Under the pieces are notes generated by a model, which saw only the letters and a list, made by a program, of their open reading frames with translations, was not told the DNA's origin and searched no databases. From an uncultured Candidatus Saccharibacteria bacterium (GTDB taxonomy: Bacteria > Patescibacteriota > Minisyncoccia > Phycocordibacterales > UBA2100), in the NCBI GenBank assembly GCA_964362175.1, contig CAYIDD010000003.1, positions 22,430-76,915 of the forward strand: DNA of 54,486 nt. The letters are read 5' to 3'. This document shows positions 1 through 9,333 of this stretch, one piece after another. A program made the translations under genes and the position numbers. The stretch's first letter is position 1. Each line of letters starts with the position of its first letter.

Positions 1-37
1 CGGGGGGGGGCTTTGGGGGCAGATTTTTCTCATTGGA

Positions 38-772
38 GTGTGGGCGGCGCGGGCGCGCGCGCGCGCGGCAAACCCGCACTTCGGCGAAACAATTTTGGAA
101 ATTGGACCCGGTAAGGGAGCACTCACGAGAGAATTACTTGCAACAGGAGCACGTGTCGTTGCTGTGGAGAAAGACCCGATGTTGGTGCAACAACTCCATG
201 ATCAATTTACGAAATCAATCATCAAGAAAAGGCTTACTGTTGTTGAGGCTGACATCCGTGACTTCGATGCAATGAGGTCAGACCTCATTGCAGGAGAGTA
301 TGTAGTCGCGGCGAACATCCCGTACTACATCACCGGCGAGATCATCCGGCAATTTCTGACATCTGACATTCAGCCGCGCGCGATGGCGCTCCTTGTGCAA
401 AAAGAGGTTGCGGAGCGCATCATCGCGCGTGACCACAAGGAAAGTATCCTGTCCCTCTCGGTCAAAGCATACGGAACGCCGAAAATAGTCGCAAAAGTTT
501 CAAAAGGTAATTTCTCCCCGCCGCCCTCGGTCGACTCCGCAATACTTCTCATCGAAAACATCTCGAGAAACTTCTTCGAAGATATTGGCGAGAAAAGATT
601 CTTTGACGTTGTCCACGCGGGCTTCGCATCAAAGAGAAAGCAGCTATCGGGAAATCTGAAGAAACGATTTGGTACTTCGTCTGAACGAGCCGTCGCAGAC
701 CTTCCGGAAAAGGTTCGTGCAGAAGATGTAGATCTCGCTGGCTGGAAGAAACTCGTCCAACAACTACCTTGA
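38..772 (+). CDS. rsmA: 16S rRNA adenine dimethyltransferase RsmA/KsgA, 5'-truncated or mis-started at the contig edge
   Basis: SAM motif ILEIGPGKGALT, VAVEKD and catalytic ANIPYYIT are present. The usual N-terminal ~30 aa are replaced by poly-G/(GC)n sequence at nt 1-75. Confidence 0.8.
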   Translation: MWAARARARAANPHFGETILEIGPGKGALTRELLATGARVVAVEKDPMLVQQLHDQFTKSIIKKRLTVVEADIRDFDAMRSDLIAGEYVVAANIPYYITGEIIRQFLTSDIQPRAMALLVQKEVAERIIARDHKESILSLSVKAYGTPKIVAKVSKGNFSPPPSVDSAILLIENISRNFFEDIGEKRFFDVVHAGFASKRKQLSGNLKKRFGTSSERAVADLPEKVRAEDVDLAGWKKLVQQLP

Positions 773-1087
773 ACTCCCCATCATGGTTATATAGGTCCCC
801 GGCCAAACGATGACCGGTTGGATGGAGATGATGCAGTAGTAGGGCACGCTCGCGAGTCCCAAGAGCCACTGGCCCGCATGCGAGGGAGGGCCGAATTGAT
901 ACGTCTTTGTGCCGGTCGTCCAGATATATGGACCGCCGCGTGGAGGACCGAGATTCGCGTAAATCGCTTGGTTGTAACAAGGCTTCACAATATTTGCCTG
1001 ACCGCCGAAAGGGAACGCGTGCGCGAAAAAGGGGAACGAGGCAAGAAGGATGGTCGCCGTCGTAAAGGAAACGGATGTCCGAAACAT
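764..1087 (-). CDS. small secreted protein (107 aa) with a cleavable signal peptide
   Basis: ATG at 1087 gives MFRTSVSFTTATILLASFPFFAHA|FPFGGQ... The mature part carries FGG..PC..GPPRGG..W.LG..C..GSS and two Cys. Composition is protein-like, unlike the Arg-rich plus-strand reading of the same DNA. Confidence 0.55.
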   Translation of the reverse strand: MFRTSVSFTTATILLASFPFFAHAFPFGGQANIVKPCYNQAIYANLGPPRGGPYIWTTGTKTYQFGPPSHAGQWLLGLASVPYYCIISIQPVIVWPGTYITMMGSSR

Positions 1088-1270
1088 GCATACATCGTAG
1101 CACGGGGATGTAGACGCAACTTTTCGTCCCCACAAGGACTGCGATCTGTTGCCGCGCTGCGCGCGGACAAATCGGGAGCCCCACAGGGACTGCTGTTTGT
1201 AACCAATCGCTTTGCTCTTGGACAAACAGGGAGCTTGATACTTCAAGTGGTATACGGGATACTTACTCGA

Positions 1271-2158
1271 ATGGAATGGATCCGTGCCCACCCTTACGCG
1301 TATGCGCTGTGCGCAGCGGGCGTTCTCCTTGTCGGCGGGATCTTCATCGTACAAAAGCAAGGGTCAGCGACGGTGAGCGACAAAGCAGGGGCGTGGGATG
1401 GCGCCAATCTGGGCGTTTTGAATCCAACGTCGTACGGACCCACAGAGAACACGGGAACATCGAAAGAGGTGAACATCATGCAGCAGGTGCAAAACTCCGC
1501 GCCCTACACCTACATCCCTCCCGCGGTCGTTGGCGACTCAGAGGGAGGCGGGGGAAGCGGCTCGTTTGATCTGAACAGTTTCATTGCGATGCTTGGGCAG
1601 GGCTCGACCCCCCAAGTGGATCCGACCCAAGATGCATCCGCTCCAGACGCGTACTCACTCATACCGACCGGGCTCATGAGCACGACAACAGCGCAAAATT
1701 CCCGCACCACAACCCAACAAACGCTCTATGATTTCGGCAACGACATCGGCTCATACATTCAATCATTCGAGGAACAGCACCCGACAATGTCCTTTACACT
1801 GAAGGATCATGCCGAAGATCGCAACGACCCACAGAAAGCGGCGGCTGTCGGGCGCGTGGCGCAGGAGCTCAAGGGAGTGGGGCAGAGCCTCTTGAGCATA
1901 GAGACGGTCCCGTCGGGAATTGCGCCTGCGCACACAGCGCTCGCAAAAAGCTATGTCGCGGTTGGGACCAACCTCGCCCTCCTCGCAGAAGCGAAAGATG
2001 ATGCTGATTTTCTCCATGCAATAGAGGTTTACAATGCATCGGCCGATACATTCGTGAAAAATTACGTCGCCATCGCAACACTTTTCGGCGCGTACGGCGT
2101 CGTCTTCAGCCCCACCGACGCCGGAAGCGTTTTCACATTCACGCCCGCAAGCCTCTAG
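1271..2158 (+). CDS. membrane-anchored hypothetical protein, paralogue of the next gene
   Basis: An internal ATG at 1271 precedes one TM helix (YALCAAGVLLVGGIFIV). The C-terminal helical region (VP..H.AL...YN..AD) resembles the 2208-3032 product. The upstream 151 codons of ORF 818-2158 look non-coding. Confidence 0.55.
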   Translation: MEWIRAHPYAYALCAAGVLLVGGIFIVQKQGSATVSDKAGAWDGANLGVLNPTSYGPTENTGTSKEVNIMQQVQNSAPYTYIPPAVVGDSEGGGGSGSFDLNSFIAMLGQGSTPQVDPTQDASAPDAYSLIPTGLMSTTTAQNSRTTTQQTLYDFGNDIGSYIQSFEEQHPTMSFTLKDHAEDRNDPQKAAAVGRVAQELKGVGQSLLSIETVPSGIAPAHTALAKSYVAVGTNLALLAEAKDDADFLHAIEVYNASADTFVKNYVAIATLFGAYGVVFSPTDAGSVFTFTPASL

Positions 2159-2207
2159 CTTCGATTTCCCCTAAAAGCGCGGATATGCGCGTCCGGAGTC
2201 TTCTCTG

Positions 2208-3032
2208 GTGCGCTATACTTATTGCGTGGAAAACGAACGCTCGCACACAAGCGGCTTTTCGGCTATTGGGATCACTGCCGCCATCTCTGTGTTTGTGCTT
2301 GTCGCAGCCTTCGGTTGGGAGATCAGACAAACTATGCAAGGTACGGACACCCCGACTCCATACGCGGAAAGCGAGCCGGAGAAAAATCCTGCGATCACGG
2401 ATACAGCAACGATTCCTGCGATGGGAGACACGGAGGCGATCGCGCCATCGCCCGACGGTTTTTCATCCCTCGGCATTGCGGTCGTTGATGAACTTATTAC
2501 AAAATACGCTTCGCTTCAGGATCAGGGTCTGTACACCGAAGAGATCGGCCAGAAGGTCGCGGAAAAAATGGCGGCGACTCTCAAGCCGGCTGTTTCATAC
2601 GATCCACACGCTGTGACGGACATTCTCACGGACACCGATACTTCCTATGATCGGATGTTGCAGTATCGCTCCGATCTTCGTGGCTCGCTCGCCCCGCTTT
2701 TGAAAAATACGCAACCTGAATTCGAGATCTTCGCATACTACGTGGACACAAAAGATGAGAAATATTTGACGCTCCTCAAGGAGGTCGCGCAAAACTACCG
2801 CGACGCCGCGAGCAGAACGGCCCGCGTCATCGTGCCGCACGACGCCGTGAGGGAACACGTTGCGATATTGAACGCCATGGAACAATTCGCGGCAATGCTT
2901 GATGCAATGGTCGCGAACGCCGCCGATCCGTTCGCTTCCGTCGCACTCCTGCGTACCTACAATCAGGCTGAAGCAGACATGTTGCTCTCATTCAAAGCGC
3001 TCACGGTCTACTACAAACAAAAATCGGTATGA
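2208..3032 (+). CDS. membrane-anchored hypothetical protein
   Basis: GTG start and one N-terminal TM helix (FSAIGITAAISVFVLVAAFGW). The stop overlaps the next start (ATGA at 3029). Confidence 0.6.
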   Translation: MRYTYCVENERSHTSGFSAIGITAAISVFVLVAAFGWEIRQTMQGTDTPTPYAESEPEKNPAITDTATIPAMGDTEAIAPSPDGFSSLGIAVVDELITKYASLQDQGLYTEEIGQKVAEKMAATLKPAVSYDPHAVTDILTDTDTSYDRMLQYRSDLRGSLAPLLKNTQPEFEIFAYYVDTKDEKYLTLLKEVAQNYRDAASRTARVIVPHDAVREHVAILNAMEQFAAMLDAMVANAADPFASVALLRTYNQAEADMLLSFKALTVYYKQKSV

Positions 3033-4984
3033 AGACCGGACGATACCTTGCAGGATCGGGAGCACTTATTGCGCTTGGCGTGGTCCCGCTTCTCGCATTC
3101 GCTCAACCGGTAGACACATCGCCACCGACCGTTCCAACAAATCTCAATCCGGTAAGCGTATCTTCTTCGGCCATCGACCTTTCGTGGGGCGCCTCTACCG
3201 ACAATATCGGCGTGCAAGGCTATAAGGTGTACCGATCCGATGTGCAGATCGCCACGACGACGAGTGCTGCGTATCAGGATACCGGCCTTGCCGCTGCAAC
3301 AAATTACATATACAACGTCGCGGCCTTTGATGCCGCGGGAAATACATCTGCAAAATCTTTACCCTCTTCCACAGCTACCCAATCCGGCACAGGTACGGGA
3401 GGGGGTACCGGTGGTGTTGTACCTGCCCCTGCTCCTACACCCGCGCCCGGTGCGGCAGCGGCGCCCTACGATTTCAAGCGGCAGGGGATTTTCGACTGCA
3501 ACCAGAATGGTGCATACGCGATGAGTGTCGGTGCGCTCTCGGCAACGGGCGGCGTGTACGTCCCTGTCGCCGACAACACGGTCGAGCTCAACACCGGTAC
3601 GCTTGTCTATAAAGAGTGCGTCTTGCGTGAGGTGATAAACCGAGAGAGGGAGGCGGCAATGGCCGCGTACGGAAAAAGAGCGGTCGTCGCCATACAGACC
3701 GGCCGCAATGGCAATCCACAATATGTTGTCGATCAGAACCAGGAGTTGCTCGCATACGGGAGCGATCCGACTATGCTCGACTTTCTCCAAGATGGCACGT
3801 TGCAAAATCTCAATCCGGCATTTCAGTCACAGGTAACGCGGGCTACGGCTCTCGGCTATGAAACGCGGACGCGCGCGAAAGAGAGTGTTCTCCGATGCCC
3901 CTACAAGGGTGATCTGAAGACGGCGCTGACCGATCCTACGCGATCATTCAGCTGGGAGGAATTCCGTGCGCTCTCCGACCCCGCGTGTAACCCGCTCGGC
4001 GCATACTATCTTGCAAGAGACTTAGCTGACGCCCGCATCGCCCGATGCCAAGAATACTTGCAACAACAATGGGATTGGGGCCGTGGTTACTACGCCGCTT
4101 CTACCGATCCCAACAATCCCTGCCGCGGAAAGATCGTCACGCCCGCGGTGACCATGCAGGCATCGTTCCAAAACATTATCGACAGCCCCGTCCGTCAGCT
4201 TGAGAGCGCCAACGACATCGGCCAGATGATCAACGCGCTTTATGCCGGCATGACAACACAGATCATTTCCGACAACCAAGGTCTTGCAGGACTCATGCAA
4301 AGCACAGGTGGACGAGCTTCATACCTCGATCAGGTCGCATCAGAGTCCGCTTCGGGTCTGCGCAACGCAGCGCTCAATGTCGCGATCCAGGTCCTCACCG
4401 CGGCGCGGCAGGTGGAAGCTGCATATTTCCAAGCAGCCAACGCGATCGGCGCGACGCTCACACAAACGATGGCGCAGTTGCGCAGCGCAGAGAATCAGTG
4501 TTGGAAACTTATCATTCCGAAAGTGTGCACGAGCGAATTGAGTGCGCAGAATGAATGCACGGACGGTGATGGAAACACGTACAAGGTATCCACCTCGACC
4601 GCCGGATTCGCAGAAGCAGTCATAACCGCCCAGATCACACCGCTCGCTGCTCCCGCAAGCAATAACATCCGCGTATCGCAAAACGCGCTCCGGCTCATTG
4701 ATCAGTTGATCGTGGGCGTTACCAACACCGCTTCACTCGATGCGCAGCGCCTCGCACTCCAACAGCTCGATTCACTCGTCGCACAGAAACTTCTGCATGT
4801 AAAACCCGATGTCGATGGCACGAACGGCATCGTGAAGCAGCTCGACAACGTGCAAACGACAATGACAACGCTCGTCACGAACACCGTGAAGGCGTGGGCA
4901 GATGACCCAAGTCCCTCCACCGGTTGGTGCAACGTCAATAATCCCGCGGTAGTGCAGGGATGGAAGGATAGGTGGAAGAAATAA
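3029..4984 (+). CDS. secreted protein with an N-terminal fibronectin type III domain
   Basis: Signal peptide ends ...LLAFAQP. An FN3-like segment follows (PPTVPTNL..SSSAIDLSWGASTDNIGVQGYKVYR...NYIYNVAAFDAAGNTS), then a G/T/P/A linker and a ~480-aa domain of unknown function. Confidence 0.7.
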   Translation: MKTGRYLAGSGALIALGVVPLLAFAQPVDTSPPTVPTNLNPVSVSSSAIDLSWGASTDNIGVQGYKVYRSDVQIATTTSAAYQDTGLAAATNYIYNVAAFDAAGNTSAKSLPSSTATQSGTGTGGGTGGVVPAPAPTPAPGAAAAPYDFKRQGIFDCNQNGAYAMSVGALSATGGVYVPVADNTVELNTGTLVYKECVLREVINREREAAMAAYGKRAVVAIQTGRNGNPQYVVDQNQELLAYGSDPTMLDFLQDGTLQNLNPAFQSQVTRATALGYETRTRAKESVLRCPYKGDLKTALTDPTRSFSWEEFRALSDPACNPLGAYYLARDLADARIARCQEYLQQQWDWGRGYYAASTDPNNPCRGKIVTPAVTMQASFQNIIDSPVRQLESANDIGQMINALYAGMTTQIISDNQGLAGLMQSTGGRASYLDQVASESASGLRNAALNVAIQVLTAARQVEAAYFQAANAIGATLTQTMAQLRSAENQCWKLIIPKVCTSELSAQNECTDGDGNTYKVSTSTAGFAEAVITAQITPLAAPASNNIRVSQNALRLIDQLIVGVTNTASLDAQRLALQQLDSLVAQKLLHVKPDVDGTNGIVKQLDNVQTTMTTLVTNTVKAWADDPSPSTGWCNVNNPAVVQGWKDRWKK

Positions 4985-4986
4985 AT

Positions 4987-7509
4987 ATGCCGGAAAAAAA
5001 AGACTTCTTAGTGTTCGTAGAAACCAGGGCTGGTCTGCTCCTAGGGGCACTCGCGGTTTTCTCGGTACTGTTTTTTGCTTCTCCGGGCGTTGTACATGCC
5101 GCCGCAGCGAGACCTTCTAGCGTAAGCGTTCAATGTTATACCAATTACACGTCGGGGTCTTTGGAGGGCTGTACTCCGGCAGAGATTGCAGCGGCAGATG
5201 CGGCAAACGGTGTTGCGCCCCAAAATGATGCGGCGAATAGCCAAGGTCAAGCAGCTCAACTCATGAATCAGGGTGCCAATGCAGCCAACACCGCTGTACC
5301 ATACCAGCCTTCGGCAGCTGGCACAGCCGACTGCACACCGGCCTGGAGAAATATATCAGCCATTTTTAGCCCCAGATGCTGGATGCGAATGCTCGGGGCG
5401 CTTGTCACGAGCGTCTTCATCTGGATAGGGGTCATGACCCTCGAGATCGCTGGGCTTTTATTCAATTATCTGCTCGATTTTACGGTCATCAAATTCAGTA
5501 CCGCCATATACACGAATATAAAGGACGCGGTCGAGATCGGCTGGACCGTATTCCGAGATCTTGCAAACATCCTCATTATCGGGATATTCACCTTTATCGC
5601 AATTGGTACGATTTTGGGGCTAGAAAATTACAACGCAAAGAAGATGGTCGCGAAAGTTCTGATTATTGCGGTACTGATCAACTTCAGCCTCCTTTTTACC
5701 AAAATGATTATCGACGCATCAAACTTCACCGCTTCTCAGTTCTACTACGCGGCCCTCGGCCAGGTAGCAAGATCGTCTGCGCAGGGCACGAGCGTCAACG
5801 TGGCCCCGACTGGCGGGAGTATGCAGCAAGCAAGCGCTGGTACCAAAGGCATATCGGGCCAGTTCATGCAGGCAATCGGCATTACGGGATTTGGAGATTC
5901 TTATAATCAAATACGCGCGCGGCAAGAGAAGAGCGATAACGGACTTGTGGGAATCGGTTTCGGACTTCTCTCGCTCATATATCTCCTTGGTATGGCCATA
6001 GTATTTTTCTATGGCTGCTTCCTTCTTATTTCGCGGGCCATACTGCTCATATTCCTCATGATCACATCGTCCATCGCATTTGCCTCGTACCTCATTCCCC
6101 AGTGGGAAACGAGTAGCTATGGGTGGAAGACGTGGAAGGATTCGCTCGTAAAGAGCGCCGTGTTCGCCCCACTCCTCATGCTTTTCATCTGGGTAACTCT
6201 CCTGCTCGCGCAAGGACTTACGAAAATAACCAGTGGCTCAACGATCGGTGGAATAGTAGAGGCGCCAGCGGAGAGTATTCCCGCCGCTTTCGGCTACTTC
6301 ATGATTCTCGGTATGATTTTTCTCTCCTTCAGGCTCTCTTCAAGCTTTGCGAGCAAGATCGCCGGGTTCAGCATGGCTTCAATCGCTCCCGCGCTCGGAC
6401 TTGCCGCTGGGGCACGTGTAGCGGGACTCTTGGGTCGCTATGGTCTCGGGATCCCCGGCGGCATGGCCGCTCGCCGCCTAACTGCACTTGGTAAAGATCA
6501 AGAGGGAAGAGGTAATGTCCTCACTGGGAAGGGAATCCAGCGTTTCGCCAACCGTCTCCAGAGTGCCACTGAAAAACGCGATTTCAATCTTATGAATACG
6601 AGCCTCGGTAAGCAGATCACTGCCACGGCAGGACTCAAAGGCAAGTGGACAGGTGCGACAAAATTCGGCGGTATAGAGGGCGTGACGAAAAAACAAGCTG
6701 AGGGGTACGCAAAAGACGCTGAAAAAATGACGTTCACTCACGAGGAGAAAAGTAAAATGTTTGAAGAAGCTGCAAAAAATGTCGCTTCGAGACCAGAAAA
6801 TAAGGAGGATGCGCAGCGTCTAAAGGACATGCATGAAACCGCAAAGAAAACGCTGGAGCAAAGCGAGAGAGAGGCGAAGGAAAATAAGGAGCGGCACAAG
6901 GAATCCCTCAAACAAGCGAAGGAGCACCACGACGCCACCGAGAGAGACGCCCAGAGTCAGATCAAGTCTATCGAGAAGAGTTCGCAAGATACAATTTCTC
7001 GACTCGAGCGTGATAAAGAATACACGCCGGAGGGGTCTACCGCTCGCGAGGAGTTTGAAAAACAGATCGTCGCAGCTCGCGCGGATTCCGCCAGTAAAAT
7101 GAACGCCGAAAAGAACCGCATCGAAACTGCGCGTGCAGAAGTTACGCGGCTAAACAAGTTGATCGAGACCGAGGATCCGCAGGTGGTCGCAGCGAGGAAA
7201 AAACTTTCGGAGGCGGAAAAAGAAAAAGAGGAGTTTGGTAAGAAAATAAAAGAAATGGCCGAGACAGAGGTGAGATTGAAGTATCCAAACTTGGATAAAA
7301 CAACCGAGGAGATCGCTGGAAAGTTGGCGAACACGCGTGCAACAAATCTATTCGGAGCCCTTCAGAGCGAGGCAAACGACCACTTGGCAAAACTCACGAG
7401 AGATAAAGTAAAAGTTACCAAGGAAGACAAGCGACTCAAGAGGGTTCTTGAGAACTCATTGAAAGATGGCTCTGAGGAAGAAAAGCCGAAGGCCGAGGAA
7501 ACGCACTAA
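4987..7509 (+). CDS. polytopic membrane protein, VirB6/TrbL-like, with a ~330-aa charged coiled-coil tail
   Basis: It has an N-terminal signal/anchor, at least 6 predicted TM helices (aa ~130-480), and a K/E-rich heptad-like C-terminus. It sits in a VirB3/VirB4 cluster. An alternative start lies at 4972. Confidence 0.55.
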   Translation: MPEKKDFLVFVETRAGLLLGALAVFSVLFFASPGVVHAAAARPSSVSVQCYTNYTSGSLEGCTPAEIAAADAANGVAPQNDAANSQGQAAQLMNQGANAANTAVPYQPSAAGTADCTPAWRNISAIFSPRCWMRMLGALVTSVFIWIGVMTLEIAGLLFNYLLDFTVIKFSTAIYTNIKDAVEIGWTVFRDLANILIIGIFTFIAIGTILGLENYNAKKMVAKVLIIAVLINFSLLFTKMIIDASNFTASQFYYAALGQVARSSAQGTSVNVAPTGGSMQQASAGTKGISGQFMQAIGITGFGDSYNQIRARQEKSDNGLVGIGFGLLSLIYLLGMAIVFFYGCFLLISRAILLIFLMITSSIAFASYLIPQWETSSYGWKTWKDSLVKSAVFAPLLMLFIWVTLLLAQGLTKITSGSTIGGIVEAPAESIPAAFGYFMILGMIFLSFRLSSSFASKIAGFSMASIAPALGLAAGARVAGLLGRYGLGIPGGMAARRLTALGKDQEGRGNVLTGKGIQRFANRLQSATEKRDFNLMNTSLGKQITATAGLKGKWTGATKFGGIEGVTKKQAEGYAKDAEKMTFTHEEKSKMFEEAAKNVASRPENKEDAQRLKDMHETAKKTLEQSEREAKENKERHKESLKQAKEHHDATERDAQSQIKSIEKSSQDTISRLERDKEYTPEGSTAREEFEKQIVAARADSASKMNAEKNRIETARAEVTRLNKLIETEDPQVVAARKKLSEAEKEKEEFGKKIKEMAETEVRLKYPNLDKTTEEIAGKLANTRATNLFGALQSEANDHLAKLTRDKVKVTKEDKRLKRVLENSLKDGSEEEKPKAEETH

Positions 7510-7522
7510 CCACCCACTATTT

Positions 7523-8083
7523 ATGATCGCAACCAACATTGATAATGGACTCGACCAGGCCCTAAAAGAGCGGTTCGCAAAATTGCCGAAGGTGGTACAG
7601 GATGCGATTATGTCGGCAGATGTGGAGAAGCACATGCGCGAACTCGCCGAGACGCATAAACTACACCTCGATCAGTGGCAAACACTCGAAAACGAAGTCA
7701 TGCTGGCACTTCTCGGCGTCCAGAAAGCGGAAGATTTGGAGAAAAACATCAAGAGCGAGGTCGGCGTGCCTAATGACATTGCGAAAGCACTCACCGAAAA
7801 CATCTCGAAAATCGTCTTCGAGCCGATTCGCGCGGAGCTGGAGCGGGAGCTGGAGCATCCCGAGGCAAAGGCAGCTGAGGTGAGCGGGGTGGAGGCGGCG
7901 CGTGCGCAAGTCCTCGGGGAGAACGCTCCTGCTACCCCCGCAGTTGCGCCAGCAACACCTCCTGCGGAACCGCCAACACAGAAAGTCGAGCGCGCGCCCG
8001 TCTCGACCGCCTACAAGGGCGGCGAAACCTCCGCCGTGCGCGTCGCAGTCGCAGACGACCCGTACAGAGAGCCTCCGGCATGA
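7523..8083 (+). CDS. hypothetical soluble protein with an A/P-rich tail
   Basis: The ATG at 7523 follows the previous stop. The product has helical composition and no recognisable motif. Confidence 0.5.
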   Translation: MIATNIDNGLDQALKERFAKLPKVVQDAIMSADVEKHMRELAETHKLHLDQWQTLENEVMLALLGVQKAEDLEKNIKSEVGVPNDIAKALTENISKIVFEPIRAELERELEHPEAKAAEVSGVEAARAQVLGENAPATPAVAPATPPAEPPTQKVERAPVSTAYKGGETSAVRVAVADDPYREPPA

Positions 8084-8128
8084 ACAGTGACGGTGTGTGG
8101 CCCGGCGCACTGATATAATGATGGGGCT

Positions 8129-8650
8129 ATGCAATTTCAGGTTCCGCAGTTCATTGAGGTCGAAGACAAGATCTTCGGCCCCCTCACATTCAAGCAATTC
8201 GTCTATATCGGTGGGGGCTTGGGCGCGTGCTACATCATGTGGCGCGTGTTGCCCATCTACCTTGCAGGCCCGCTCGTGGCCATAATCGGAGGTCTCACCG
8301 CTGGCTTGGCATTTTTCCAGCTCAACGGCCGCCCCTTCATCATCGGACTCGAGAACGGTTTCTTTTTTCTTCTCCGCAGCAAACTCTATCTGTGGAACAA
8401 TGCGCGGAAAAAGAACGTCACGCCACCAGTCATCGGAAAGGCGGTTGCCGGAGCGGCGCAAATATATGTGCCGAAACTCTCGGAGGGAAAGTTGCATGAA
8501 TTATCCTGGAGCCTGGACATAAAAGAGCGTGTCGCGCAGGGGATCGCCAGTGACGATGATCGGCGCCTGATGCGAACTCCGCAAGACCTTGTGGCGCCCA
8601 TTCGTACGCCGCAACAGGAACTGGCGCGACTCACCGGAGAAAACTCCTAA
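8129..8650 (+). CDS. PrgI-family / VirB3-like small membrane protein
   Basis: The N-terminus MQFQVPQFIEVEDKIFGPLTFKQFVYIGGG followed by two TM helices is the typical PrgI-family signature. A TATAAT-like hexamer lies at 8113-8118. Confidence 0.7.
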   Translation: MQFQVPQFIEVEDKIFGPLTFKQFVYIGGGLGACYIMWRVLPIYLAGPLVAIIGGLTAGLAFFQLNGRPFIIGLENGFFFLLRSKLYLWNNARKKNVTPPVIGKAVAGAAQIYVPKLSEGKLHELSWSLDIKERVAQGIASDDDRRLMRTPQDLVAPIRTPQQELARLTGENS

Positions 8651-8659
8651 CGTAATCGT

Positions 8660-9328
8660 ATGCCGACAAAAGAGAAAGATACGAGTCCCCGCGCGAGCGC
8701 CCGATCCACACAGGAGTTCCTCCCGATATCCGAGGTGCGTGACGGCGTTATCGTGCTTAAGGACGGCGGACTGCGCGCCATTCTGCTCGCATCCTCGCTC
8801 AACTTCGCACTGAAATCAGAGGATGAGCAGACGGCGTTCATCGTCCAGTTCCAGAATTTTCTCAACTCGCTCGACTTTTCCTGCCAGATATTCGTGCAAT
8901 CGCGCATGCTCGACATCCGCCCGTACATCGCAACGCTTGAAGTGGCGTATAAGGAACAGCTCGACGATCTCATGCGCATCCAGATCCGCGAATACATTCA
9001 GTTCATCAAGAGTTTCACTGAGGCCGCAAACATCATGACCAAAAATTTCTTCGTCGTCGTGCCGTACTCCCCCTCGGTCGGGATGACTGGCAAGGGGATA
9101 TCGTCGCTCCTGCCGTTCGGCAAGAAACAGACCACGACAGAAGAATCGAATAGAACGTTCGCGGAACAGGTATCCCAGCTTGAGCAGCGTGTTGCGATCG
9201 TACAGCAGGGTCTGGTGCGCACTGGCGTGCGCACTGTACAACTCGGGACCGAAGAAGCGATCGAGCTCATGTACAAGATGTTCAACCCCGGCGAAGAAGG
9301 GAAGCCGATGCCGGTCGAGCAGAAATAA
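8660..9328 (+). CDS. T4SS-associated protein resembling the N-terminal domain of Gram-positive VirB4-type ATPases
   Basis: FLPISEVRDGVIVLKDGGLRAILLASSLNFALKSEDEQ... resembles the start of Tn916 Orf16 / TcpF-type ATPases (recalled from memory). No Walker motifs are present. It lies directly upstream of virB4. Confidence 0.5.
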   Translation: MPTKEKDTSPRASARSTQEFLPISEVRDGVIVLKDGGLRAILLASSLNFALKSEDEQTAFIVQFQNFLNSLDFSCQIFVQSRMLDIRPYIATLEVAYKEQLDDLMRIQIREYIQFIKSFTEAANIMTKNFFVVVPYSPSVGMTGKGISSLLPFGKKQTTTEESNRTFAEQVSQLEQRVAIVQQGLVRTGVRTVQLGTEEAIELMYKMFNPGEEGKPMPVEQK

Positions 9329-9333
9329 AACGT

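Noticed and set aside
1-75. A poly-G run and a (GC)n tract (possibly Z-DNA-forming) at the window start, fused in frame to rsmA.
   Set aside because: It is at the extreme contig end and replaces the conserved RsmA N-terminus. It is most likely an assembly or sequencing end artefact rather than biology.
818-1270. N-terminal 151 codons of the 446-aa plus-strand ORF.
   Set aside because: The sequence is Arg/Gly-rich with junk-like composition and no TM or signal before the internal ATG at 1271. The opposite strand encodes a convincing signal-peptide protein.
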